Source of the DNA: Catajapyx aquilonaris
Taxonomy: Eukaryota
Assembly: GCA_000934665.2 (NCBI GenBank)
Contig: KZ538573.1
Coordinates: forward strand, 1-60,947
Reading direction: 5' to 3'
Length of the DNA stretch: 60,947 nt
Position 1 is the first letter of the stretch. Every line of letters begins with the position of its first letter. The notes beneath the pieces are model-generated. The model saw only the letters and a list, made by a program, of their open reading frames with translations. It made no database searches and had not been told where the DNA came from. Made by a program: the position numbers and the translations under genes. Below, in pieces: positions 25,090 to 38,195 of the stretch.

Positions 25090-28000
25090 TGCAATGATAT
25101 ATATATATATGCCATAGCAGTAGTTACACTAGACAGGGTAATCCAAGAAGTTATGGTTATATCAATAACAGAATACTGCTTGCAAGCAATATACCCTAAA
25201 GTATGGACACAGAGTTAAAAATAATATACCGTATTGTAGGTTGGCAATCCTGGCAACAAACAATATAATATTATTACTATGTGTCCAGACTTTAGAGTCA
25301 CCCTGCGCTAGTTCTGCTACTCCCAAAACCACTTTCACATGCTAGGAAGCTGCGGCCACCAGCCTTCCATCCAGTGTTGATATTGAGTTGCTACAACAAG
25401 TCTAGTTGGGCTATTTTGAAGCTCCTGCAATTCTGGTAATTCCACCATTTTGCCAGTGTGTAGCCGGTTTCAGTGTGACTACCTGCAGTCTGTTGGTCTA
25501 GTGCCTCCAAATTTTCACGAATCTCCGCATCATGTTGGGGGTAAGGATTTTGGGGTGATCTTTTCCATCCTCCTCCTTTATAGTCAGGAGGATTCGCGAC
25601 GAAAATTGGTCGAATCGTGCACTTTGTGATACCAGCATGAAACTTGGCACACATGTAGCTTGTACTATTTAGAGTAATTTGAGGAATGGAGCCACTGGGA
25701 AAGCCGTGGCGGCCATTTTTAAAATGGCCGCCCTATGATTGAGTTTTATGCATAAATAGTGTCATCCTTTGATATAGTTCAACATGTTGAGGTGTTTCCT
25801 GAATGTACCGAGTGTGAGGAATTCAGATCCGTTGTTTATTTCAACGAGCAGGTTGAAATAAGCGAGAAAATGCTGGTAGAATCACTCACTAGGTGTACAC
25901 TTATTCTTTGCACAACAACCACACAAATGCTGGTTGAATAACTCAAAGTCTCTCTGTGATAATACTGCCTCTTGCATTATTGCCACATACAAGATTTCTG
26001 TATTACAATAGCAGTTATTATTTGTGTTATTCTCAGTTACACGAATATCAGTATATGAAGATGTGTATTTCTAATGCGAATAACCACTAAAGTCATGTCA
26101 GCCATTTTTGAGAGATAATTCATGAAGTGATCGTGACTTGTAATGCGCATTCATCATTGATGTATGCTTACCATCCTTATGGGAGCCAATCGGGCTCACA
26201 TTGTGCTCCACATTTGCATAGTGCTATGCAAGGAAGTTGGTTTGCATTTTGCACTGAGATGGGGAGCAATCCTTGCAGCTACATCGCAGTACTTCTCTGC
26301 ATGCCTGTAGTTTTTTGCTAACTGTTTTAAGAAAGGTAAGAGTGATATAGGATAGCCTATATGCGTTACCTCGGAATCCAGCGTGACGTTTCGCCATTCT
26401 CAGCCTCCCTTTTCCAGCCAAAGGTAGCAGGTGATGGCAGAGTCGAGGATTTGATGAGACTCGACCCCCATACATGACCGGCCTGAAAAGCGACTAGCAG
26501 AACATGCTGGTGCAGCGCATTTGTAGGAGGGATATTCTCCAACTGGCTGTTTCTATGTGAGAAAATATTAATTCGAGCAGCATCCACTGAAGTCTTGGAG
26601 CTGTTTTTATCGTATACAGTGACTATGAACCTCTCAATTACAGGGAGAACTTCGCAGACTTCTTCGACAGATGGTGTATTTGAAAGGCAAATGAGAGCAG
26701 GAGTGACATCAGGGAAAGCCTTCCAAGCTGTCCATAGAGAATATAGAGACGTGTCTCCCTTTACAGCAAATTTTGAGGTGGTATCACATCCAGATAGGGC
26801 GTGTAATGCTGGAAGGCCCTTGCTGATTAGTGCTCCAAGCTTTTCAGTTATTTGAGTGACTGAAATGTAGCGGAATGATTTGCCTGTACCACAGAGATGT
26901 GCGACATACCATTCGGAAGCTGGAAGCGTGATCTCCAACATCGGATTCTAGTAGCTTGTCCATAGCTGCCACGGTTTTCGAGCAGTGTGGGGTTGTTGTG
27001 CAAAGTGAACACCTAGTGAGTTATTCAACCAGCATTTTCTCGCTTATTTCGACCTGCTCGTTGAAATAAACAGCGGATCTGAATTCCTCACATTCGATTC
27101 ATTCAGGAAACACCTCAATATGTCGAACTATATCAAAGGATGACGCTATTTATGCATAAAACTCAATCGTAGGGCGGCCAGTTTTATATTGGGTAACTTA
27201 AGCCAGCAGGAAGAATTCATTGTTTCGCTTATGTTGAGTTAGACGATGACACGGTAACAAAGTCCGTTCACAGGGCGAAAATAAACATTTGCATATTGCT
27301 CCAGTTTATTATTCAAAATTTCAGTTCATATAAGGGAAAGTATGGCGGCCTCTCTTTATGCTCACCGGCTGTACAGAACAAACAATATTTCTGATATGTG
27401 AACATACATTTCATCATCAACAATGCTCCCAACTAGACAACTACTAGGGCTGTGCGATATCCGAAAAAATATCGAATCGGAAGTCGATATATCGAAAATC
27501 GAAAAACCGACATCGCAAAATATCGCAAACCGACATCGAACCGACATCGAAAAATATCGAAAACCGACATCGCGATATTCGATACATCGCACATGCCAAG
27601 CGTCGGATATCGCAACTTCGATATTAGGAAAATATCGTATCGACAGTCGATGTATCGAAATATCGCACAGCCCTAGCAAATTCTACTCTCCTGACCCCCA
27701 GAAGCTAATCCCCGCACTTCTTGCCAGGCTTGGAACAAGTGGCCTACGTTACCCCGTACATGACGCAACAATTAATTTTTAAGTATATATTGACACCAAA
27801 ATGGAAATTTAAGCTATGCATATAACTACCTTAAAAGGACTGTTTCAGGTTATGTTTCAATGTTTCATCATCTTTATAGCGAATTAAATTCAAACAGAAG
27901 ATGTTGGCGATGAAAGTTATGTCGGGTATGAATTTATGATGCAATTATCCTAAACATAATTAAGATTTTACAAAGTTACCTTTGCCACAAACACAATATT

Positions 28001-31000
28001 CAAATATGCAGTCCACAACTGCACTTAAATATGGAACTTATGTCATGAAAAATAACATTTCAACTCAGAACAGTGTTGCCAAAATCAGTGTCCGAAATTT
28101 ACGCAGCCAAATGGCTTAAGTAACCCCGTTTGACGGTACTTAGAAAACTTATGAATGATGATGTCGATGTGGAAATATAGGAATATTTTTTACTTTCCTT
28201 GTCAGAGAGTAGTGCTGAAATCTGGCGTCCCTTCGGGGGAACACAAGAGGCAAATGCACCCACATTTGGACAAGTAAAGTATGTGTGTGGATTTTGTATG
28301 ATTTGTTGAACTGTATTTTAATGAATCCATGCAATTAAAACGAGATTACATGCCAATTGGTTAACATGGCAACCGTTGCAACAATCCTTGATTGTTGTTG
28401 ATTGTTACTCAATTACAACCCATTCTTTGTGCGGCCTGTTTCCAATGGTAATGCAATCGACAACAATCAATCATTGATGATATTATGAAACTATGGATAT
28501 TGCTTGAATGTCACTGTTGCCATGGTAATGTAATCAACAACTGTTATAGGCATACTAGGTTACATTTTCCTAGCATCCCATAATTATAGGAAACGGCCAT
28601 TTTCTCGCAAACAAGCAGTCAGAAAAATGTGTTATCTCACTTTTTGTGTTTTGGGAACTAATATGAACTAATAGAAACAAAAAAAGCTTAAAAATTCAAC
28701 AAAAACTTTTCCAGGCATATCTGGGTTAAGGTCAATGCCATATCAGAGAAGCACCAGAACTTAAAATTGCCATGCTGGACGCGAAGTGTGCCGGACTGGA
28801 GGCGGAGAAGGCAGATTTGAAGACAGAAATCGCTGAGCTTCGCGGGTGTATTCTGATAGGACTGAACCATTGGTTGGTCCTCTTGGAGTTGGACCCACTT
28901 TTTCCCAGGCTGTCCAGGGAGGAAGATCGACAGATGATGTGCGGCCCTCAATGCAAGCGGTGTCATCACTAGCAGCTAGGCCTGCCAGCCCACAGCACCC
29001 GGTGGTAGTTTCATTTAAGGAGGTGCCTGTGCCTACTGAGGCAGGAGTGAAGGCAATCCTGAGGGAGACCCTGTCAGCAGAGGTGCTTGAGGAGGGCTTC
29101 CGCATGGTGACGAAAGTGAAGGATGGATATATGGTGGGCTGCAGGGATTCGAGCTTTAGGAGCTAAGCCTGGGGTTTCTGCACGTGTGGCCCGGAAGGCT
29201 CGTCCTGCTCTCCAGATAACTGGTACAGTATGTGGTATGACCGAGGAAGCTTTGCTGGACGATCTGGTGGCTGGAAACTCTGCCCTGTTCAACAACTATA
29301 GCCCTATCAAGAATTTCATCAGGGTAGTTTCCCATAGGCGCTGGAAGAATCGTCAGAGGGAGAACTGGGTTCTAGAGGTTGAGTCAGACCTGCACAGAAA
29401 AATACTTGAGGAGGGCAGACTTTGTGTTGACCTGATGATGTGCTGGGTGGAGGATTTCATTAGACATGATCGCTGCTGTAAGTGCTCGTCTTACGGACAT
29501 TGGCAGGGACAATGCGAAGCCAAACCATGTTGTGGTTTCTGTGCCGGGGGTCATTGCTTCAAAGTTGGAAATGTTACATGTCAGGAGACAACACCTAAAT
29601 ACCAAAACTGTGTACATGCTGGATTGCCTTTGGTAGATCATCCTGTGTGGGCAGAACACTGTCTGATTTGGATTAGGAGGAAGCTGCAGTTGAGGTCCCG
29701 TTTTGATGGCCAGTAATGGATATGCATTACGGGTGGGTCATGTAAATGTGGGTCAGGAATTGGTGACCACTAGCATGGCCTTACACTGGGCTACCGTTAA
29801 AGCAAAACTGGATATTTTATGCATTCACGATCCACATGTTCGTTCACTAGTTAACAGACTTAGAGAAGAACCTTTTGTAGACCGACAAGGAAAGGTGGCG
29901 TTAGTGGTGCTTAGAAAAGGCTTGCGAGTGACCCGTCTGTCAGCGTTTTCCGGACAGGGTGTCGATGCCTTCACTGTAGGAAGTGGTGATGATGAATTTG
30001 TTTTGGTAAACTGTTACTTGCCGCCAAGTAAGGACATTGAGGCTGGTCCGGCTAGACTTAATAGGATTCTGACCTTAACTGGTGCCAGATTCCTTTTGGT
30101 GGGGGATTTCAATGCCAGATCCCTTTGCTGGGGTGACAGATTAGACTCCAGTAGAGGTATTGCAGTCCTCAACGGTGCATTGGGACTTGGAATCATTCAA
30201 TGATCCTGAGCAAGGTCCTACCTTCCGTTGTACACGAGGTGAAAGTTATATTGACTTGATCTGGACCAAAGGCATGGTTGGACAATTTCGGAAGAGGACC
30301 TGGGCTTTCATCGAGGCATTTCCTTCTCGCTTAGCTCTATTGGAGTCCCTGACCCGGTAAAGAGGTGGAAGTTCAAATTAGCTAATTGGGAAGAGTTCGA
30401 GACCAGAATATTCACTTGGACGACCTTGCAACTTGATGTTTTTGACCGGGCTTCCCCTGAGGCTTTGGAGGAGGTGGCGGAGGCATTTCATGATGCTTGT
30501 GTGAAGGCTGCTTTGGATTGTATCCCCCAATCTGATGTTACCCGTAGGGACCTGTCATGGACATGGACGCTGGAACTAACTCGTCTCAAGAGATTTTCCC
30601 GAGCAACCAGAAGGAGCTGGTGGGCTTCCCGTGATGGCAGCCCTGGCAGAACCAATCGTAAACTTTTGGAGATGGTGGCGTCTCGCAACCGTTATTATCA
30701 CGAGATCAGAGCCCAAAAGAAGAGGAGCTGGCAACAATTTTGTGAAGAACATTCTTCGGGGGATCCTTTCTCCCTCCCCTACAAAATTCTGAGAGGGAAG
30801 TTCGGACATCGTGGTGAGAGTTCTTGCGGAGACGATGTCACAGGATGGCGTGGAATCTATTTGGGCAAAAAGCGGGTTGAGAAATACTTTCCTGACACCG
30901 AAGCAGGTTGGTGTAGGGGTTAAGGAGCCAGACTGCTAATCGGGAGGTCCTGGGATCAAATCCCGGGGCCGGCAACTCTGACCGTGGTTTTCTGTGGTTT

Positions 31001-34000
31001 CCCACGGTCCCTCCAGGAAAATTCCGGAGTTGTTTCCGTAATTAACAGGCCACAGCCGCTTCCTTCCATCCCTATCCCTTCCCAAAAAGCGAAGCAAAAA
31101 GTAAAAAGCAAAGAGTTCCTGACAAAAAAAATTGGGATTAACTCCCCCCCTAAGAGAGCCAATGGCTCTATCACGGGGTATATTATAAAAAAAAAAAAAA
31201 AAAAAAAACTTTCCTGATGATGATGGGTCGTGGGATAATAGATCTCGTGTTTTGGAAGTCCAGCTTTCCGAGGACCCTTGTTTGATACTAGGTGAACTTG
31301 AAGAGGCAATCAAGAGCATGGATCCGACTGAAGCTCCTGTTCCTGAGGGTTTGCCACTGGTCGCTCTTCTTCATGTTTTCTGGCAGTAGGAGATTTCTGG
31401 TTGAAGTGGTTGCCAGCCTTATACATGATTAGTGTTTTTCCTTCTTCTTGGAAGGTATCAAGAGTTGTTTGGGTGCCCAAGAAAGAGGCAGGATCTGTCC
31501 GACCCATCTGCCTTGCCCCTGCTCTTGGGAGGGTCTTTGACTGCTTCCTGAACAACGGACTTATGTACTGGGTCAAAACTCAAGGAGTTTTAGATCGTCA
31601 TCAGTTTGGCGCGTCGTGGTGTGGTGGAGGCAATTGAACATTTGATTAATAAAATCAAGAAAGCTTGGGCCAGAAAGGATCATTGCAGTTTAGTGACGCT
31701 TGACATACGAAATTCCTTTAATAGCCTAAGGCCTATAGGAGCAATTACAGAGTTGCAGGCAACTGATCGGCCCCTTAGGTCACGAGTTATGCGGTGTTGA
31801 CAACATGGCCGGGGATGACCTGAGCGTTTTTAACGTTGAATTTGGTGATAAGAAGGTAGCTCTTGGCACATATGTTCCCTAGGTCTGTAGGAGTCGTTTG
31901 AGAGATGGCGGCACTTGATCGGCTCCTTAGGTCAGGAGTTATGCGGTGTTGCCAACCTGGTCCTGGACCTAAGCGTTTTGAACGATTTTTAACTTCGCAT
32001 TTTGGGATTTTGGCAAGCATGTTCCCCAGGCCTAGAGGTTCCGTTTGAGAGTTGGCGGCACCTGATCTGCCCCTTAGGTCATGAGTTATGCGGTTATGCT
32101 TAGGTTCCGGACCAGGTTGGCAACACCGCATAACTCCTGACTTAAGGAGCGGATCAAGTGCCGCCATCTCTCAAATGCATCCTATACACCTAGGGAACAT
32201 GTCTGCCAAGTAGCACCTTCTTATCACAAAGTGCCGAGTTAAAACACTTAGTTCCCTGATCAGGTTGGCAACACCGCATAACTCATGACCTAAGGGGCCG
32301 ATCAGTTGCCTGCAACTCTGAAATTTCTCATATAGGCCTAAGGAATATATGTACCAAGTGGCACCTTCTTATCCCAAAATGTAAAGTTAAAAATGGTTCA
32401 AACCGCTTAGGTCCAGGACCAGGTTGGCAACACCGCATAACTCCTGACCTAAGGAGCCGATCAAGTGCCGCCATCTCTCAAATGACTCCTACAGACCTAG
32501 GGAACATATGTGCCAAGCGGTACCTTCTTATCACCAAATTCAACGTTAAAAACGCTCAGGTCATCCCCGGCCATGTTGGCAACACCGCATAACTCGTGAC
32601 CTAAGGGGCCGATCAGTTGCCTGCAACTCTGGAATTGCTCCTATAGGCCTAAGGAACATATGTGCCAAGTGGCACCTTCTTATCACAAAGTGCAAGGTTA
32701 GGCCTGATTTTTGCGCTTAGGGCCCGAACTACAATGGTTTAACCAGAATGATATAGAGCTTTTTGGGTCCTAGAGAAATGCGGCTCATGGACTTTACTTT
32801 TAATATGACAAGAGGCTGTCCTCAGGGTTCCAGTATGGGTCCCACCTTATGGAATCTTGGTATGGACTCTTGGTTTGCTACTGTCGGGAGGGATGGAGGT
32901 ACTGTTGTAAGCATGCAAGCTTTTGCGGACGACCAGGTCCTTCTAATTCCAGGTTCTTCGAGGAAGAAGATCGAGTCTGTTTGGTGGAGGAGCTGGAAGT
33001 TTGGGTATGGAATTTAGGCTTGAGTTACAACCCCAAGAAAACTGAGGCTCTCTCTCTTCCTCTACATGTGCTTAAAAAACATCCTGTGGTGGAAGTTTCG
33101 AGGAGTTAAGATTCCCCTGGGCACACTGTTCGAGTCCTGGGTCTTCACCTGGACTGCAGACTGTCCTGGGTCAGTCATGCTCGTTTGGTACGGGACAAGG
33201 TGAGGGGTATAGCTGCCAGGATCTGGAGAGTTACTGCTTCCCGTTGGGGAATGACACCAAGTAGCAGAGGACAGGTATTGCAGCAAGCCATTCTTCCTAT
33301 GCTGCTTTTTGGTGCTGAAGTTTGGGGACATTGGGACTACCGACAGTAGAATCACGTCCAGCCTTCAATCTGCTATTAGACCCATGCTTTTATCATCAAC
33401 AAGAACGTACAGAACTACCTCTAATGCACTACAGTGCCTGTTAGCTGGGATTGTTCCTCCCGACATACAAGCTTGGGCTAGATCTGAAGTGCCTCGTACC
33501 TTCAAGAGGATGGAGGCTGAAGGTACCGCTATCAGGAAGATCGCTTTACGGCATTTGATTCCCCCTTGGACCTGGGAGAAGACTGATATCGGCTGTTGAA
33601 CTGAAGATGTGTCCGATCTGGATGTAGTGATTTTCACTGATGGTTCTGTCACCAGGGGCGTTAAGGATGGAGGTGCCTTGGTGGCTTACGAACATCTGGG
33701 TCATGAATCGATTGTGAAGAGGGTGCCTTTCCAACCTTCAGCAGGGATCTTTGCAGTGGAGCTCGATATGATCGAGCAAGCTTTGCAGTTGTTGGTGGAC
33801 ATGCTACTTCCTCGCAGCGGTACTGCGGCCATCATTTCAGACTCATTGTCTGCTCTGACGTCTTTAGCTGACTCCAAGACCCAGACTTTGGCTGCTGCCA
33901 GGGCTAGAGTTGCACTAAGGTCCATCCCAGCAACAACATCCCTTTACTGGGTTAAGGGCCATGCTGGAGTGCACGGGAATGAGAGGGCGGATGAAGAAGC

Positions 34001-37000
34001 CAGGCATGCGGCAGATCTTTCTGGTGGTCGCATCTTCTTGCCGGAGAGGAAAGGATCAGTGATCCGGATGGTCCATCATCACGCCCTGGCCCTCTGTCAG
34101 ACTCGTTGGGACTCGGAGAGAGGAACCTGGAGCCATGGTTTTCTTCCCCACATAGACACCAACCAACATATTCATGGCTATGTAGCTCGCATGATTTCCG
34201 GTCATGGCCCCTTTCTTGCTAATATTTCTGGACTCGAAGGTGGGAAACTGGATAGTAGTAGGATTCGTTGTCCTTGTGGTACGGGAAAACAGGATGAGAG
34301 TCACATTTTATGGAATTGCTTGATTCCTGAAGTGCTACAAGCTTGAGGTCACTTGTTGGCCATAGCTGTCTCGAGAGGATTGGGATGGCCTTGCAACAGA
34401 GAAGACTTGGTCAACATTCCGGATTGCTTTAATTCTTTCTGTCTGAAAGCAGACAGTGTGTTAGCAGTTCAAAACTCCAACTTTGAGGGCACTGCTATCG
34501 TGGATTAATTTATACAAGAAGACTGTGATGTTGGATGGACTACATACTATTTGATGATTGGTGGTTGGAGATTGGAGGCTGACAGATTGGTGTTTAATGA
34601 TCGAAATCAGATGACCTAATGACCTGTTGACTTGAAGCCTTGATGACCAGATGATCAGATGATTAGATGACCAGATGATCAGTTGCTTCGATGACCAGAT
34701 AATCATATGATGTGATGCCTGGATCACATCATTAGATGACCAGATGAACAGATCACCAGATGACTTGATGCCTTCATGCCATGATGTTGATGACTTGATG
34801 CGGATAATTTGTTGCCTTGAAGCCTGATGAATCGATGCCTTGTTGTTTGAAGTCTTGAATACTGGTGGTTCTTTGACTGGTGACTGGTGATTGGATGAAT
34901 TCATTGGAAGCTCGAAGATTGCTTTATCTACTTTTAAAACTATTTGTTGCAATTGATATTGTACTATTATGAGTGTACTGGCAAAAGAGCTTTAATGGCT
35001 AGGAAAGTCAAATAAACTCGTAATCTAGTGTGCTAAATGTCCCACAACCACCTGCTTAACCTATTTCAAGCCAGTTTTACCCCTCCCAACAAGTGGTCTT
35101 GCACTAAACTGCTTTCCTTGACCGGTATTGTACTGTAATATACTTCTTAAGCTCTCCGACCTCAAGGGTATCACCTCATGAGTATGATAAATTGGTGTGA
35201 AAGAAGAAAGGTATTAGGTCTACGCAAAAGTTTGTGCTGTTGCTTGGAAGAATATATAATCTGAAATATTGGTTTGCAAAACATTATTTTATCAACATGT
35301 CGACCATCACTTTTAATAACCCTTTGCCAATGTTGGGGCAGCAGATGAATGCCCTGGTGGTAAAAGTTTCTGGGCTTTGACTCAAAGAAGTCAACCACTC
35401 ATTTCTTAACAGCTATGAGACTGGCGACGTGCTTGCCCGACAAGCCATGTTCCATAGCTAGTGGAACAGGTGGTAATCCGAAGGGGCAATGTCTGGGGAG
35501 TGCTCTGGGTCCAGTAACATCTCACATCCCAACTCCAGCAACGTATTCTTTCACTTTCATCCTGGTTTTAAAATGTCTTGTCAGGGTTCATCTCAAAATG
35601 AGGGCATAACAACTTGATAGAGCAAAATTTAAAAAATAATCCCAGTGAAAGCCTTGCACATGTTTGTTGAGTCACTCTGCCGCCACAAAACACATGTGGG
35701 TATCACATTTCCAAAGTTATTGACCATGCAAAGTCACCTGCATGAGCTTTTGCATAGACCTAATAGTACAGTTCATACCACAAGAGAATGAACATGAATC
35801 AATAGTCACATATTGCCATATGGGGGAGAAGTGTTGGTAGTATGCATTTTTTCACTTCTTTCCATTCTTCCATTGCCCTATGAGTTATTTTTAAATATAC
35901 CCGATAGAAAAGAAGTACAGGGATTCTCTCACTAGGAAACCAAAACATTCCTCAACAACTTTTTAATTATCGGTTCCCTATGAAAATTGGCCTTGTGTGT
36001 TGCAGAGCAAGGTCTGCCTAGAGCACCTGCTAAAAATGGTTCCCTCCATCATCCAAGCACTTTTGTATGTTAGTCTGCATATTGGCTAAGACATGTGCTA
36101 ATGTGACATAGGTAATGCTTGGCAGCAACTTCTTGCTGCATCGTGTCTTTGAGGGCGTCAATTGTCCGTGGCTTATTGCTGTATACACAGCCCTGGAGTA
36201 AACCCCACAAGCAGAAATGAGATGGTGTCAGATCTGGTGATCTTGGTGACCACAGATTTTTTGAAATTAATCAGTCAATGAAATAACTTTCAATTTTCTT
36301 GTACTTCCATTAGATGTGTAGCACGTTGTACAGTACCCTGCATTAATGGCCATGCACAGACATCGCCACCTGTCCAAGAACGAGCGGAAATAGGCGCCTG
36401 TAGGGTGCGTCCAAAATACTTGGACAACTCAAGATATAGCGGTAGATTCAAACTCTTGCTACAAAGATGGATCACAGCGGATCACAGATATATCTGTGGG
36501 ATGAATTATAAGGCCATTGCGATTCCTATCAATGTATTGAGGTTGTGAACCAGTTATTACACGGACCGAGCGAATGCCTGTTAATCCACCGCTATATCTT
36601 GAGCCGTCTAGAGCGGACTTGTAAGCAGTCTTGATCATCAAAGTATTTTTGGACACAGCCCACCAGACGCCTAGTTCCGCTCAATCTGGCCAGATGGCGA
36701 TGTCTGTGCATGGCCATTTATGCAGGGTACTGTACCATCTTATTTGAAGTAGCCTTCTGTGAACAACTGACGTCTTCCAAGATGTGATATGGCAGGAGGT
36801 TGCTGCCATTACTGATGATGATAATGTCACATTAGCACATGCCTTCGCCGATATGCAGACTCACATACAAGATGGCTTGGATGCTGGAGGGGGCCATTTT
36901 CAGCGTGTACTCTCGGCCAGTGGTTCCCAACCTTTCTCGGGTCGCGAGCCACTTTTATGATAGTCAAGTAACCTGCGACCCCCACCCCCACCCCGAGTAT

Positions 37001-38130
37001 TAGTAGAAGATTAATGTATTGTATTTTTTTAGACATATTAAAACATTTTAAAAACTTTGTGGTAAAATTTCCATAAAATTTATTGCAAGAATGACCGCGG
37101 CCACCCGGAAAAGGCTTTGCGACCCACAGGTTGGGAGCCACTGCTCTAGGCAGACCTTGTTTACCTTTTGCAACGTATTAGTCGATATAAGTCTGTTTCC
37201 TACCCCTGTCCATACCTCTCTAGCTTGAGAGACCCTGCCAGTAGATGCAGCTACCACCTAACATAGCTCTTCGGGGGTCATGGAAAAACACTAGCTCCCC
37301 CCCCCCCCCTCCCACCACCACCACTACCACCACCATGCCAAGGTGGAGATACCTTTGTATTATCATCTGTGGAGCTGGGATATGGCAGTGTTTACTTGGC
37401 TCCTATGTTCAGTCTTTCACAGAACTAACTCATACAGTTAGACAAGTAACTTCCATGTTTTGATCACACATGTGATCTTCACTTGTAGTGCTGGACATGA
37501 ATGGTGTCTTACTGGTGGCGCCAAAAGAGTTAATCGAAGCAATGCAATGTATTCCTAATTCATAACTTCAATTTGCTCTTTTGCTGTCAGCGGCTCGTGG
37601 CACTGCCAGTATGACACCATTAATGTGCAGCACTGTACTCACCACCAGCTTTCTTGCGGTAACAGAAGGATGGCCCTTGTCATCTCAGGATTGCCAGTAG
37701 AAGCGCATCTCATAATATGAACTTCATCTACATGCCACTATCCGATTTTCTTCTTTTTATTTATATGTTTATTTACGTACCCTGTGATAAGGCCGGTATG
37801 AAAAAACTGAGCTTCACTATTTTACCTAATATTATTTATTTGTTTCTTTATTTGATACCCCATTCTCAAACCTCACTGTCACTGTCAGTAGCCTACATAC
37901 ATTCCAGATGTATTCAAAAGTACGAGGTTCGTTGGGTGCTATGCAGTTTGTATGATCAGAATAATTTTATTCATTTTGTGAGTACAGAACTTGGGAAACA
38001 GTATGGGGAAGGCAGAGTCCAAGGTTCATGTAAGATAATCAATTTTGCAACGTTTGAGAAAAGAAGAAAATTTTAAAATGTCCACTTTTTGAATGTTAAC
38101 AAAAAGGTCTGTTATCTTTTCATGTGGATA

Positions 38131-38195
<65 letters not shown>

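Larger units (their letters stand above)
28772..35020 (+). mobile_element. Degenerate near-full-length non-LTR retrotransposon (R1/LOA-like, RNase H-containing) in the armi intron
   Basis: ORF1 gag has three Cys-His knuckles ([14 protein letters not shown]...). ORF2 overlaps it and carries APE ([18 protein letters not shown]), RT ([26 protein letters not shown]), RNase H ([23 protein letters not shown]) and a C-terminal CCHC (CPCG..SHILWNC). Many frameshifts and stops. AATAAA near 35011. Confidence 0.92.

Noticed and set aside
27362..27782. Overlapping 105-119-aa ORFs on both strands
   Set aside because: They are a by-product of stop-poor ATATCG repeats in a hAT-like MITE.
31735..32705. CRISPR-like array (recurring ~30-bp GTTGGCAACACCGCATAACTC core)
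   Set aside because: The intervening sequences are homologous to each other rather than unique spacers, the period is ~150 bp, the context is eukaryotic, and there are no cas genes.
34461..34952. 163-aa minus-strand ORF with IWSS repeats
   Set aside because: It is the antisense reading of the tandemly repetitive LINE 3' UTR.
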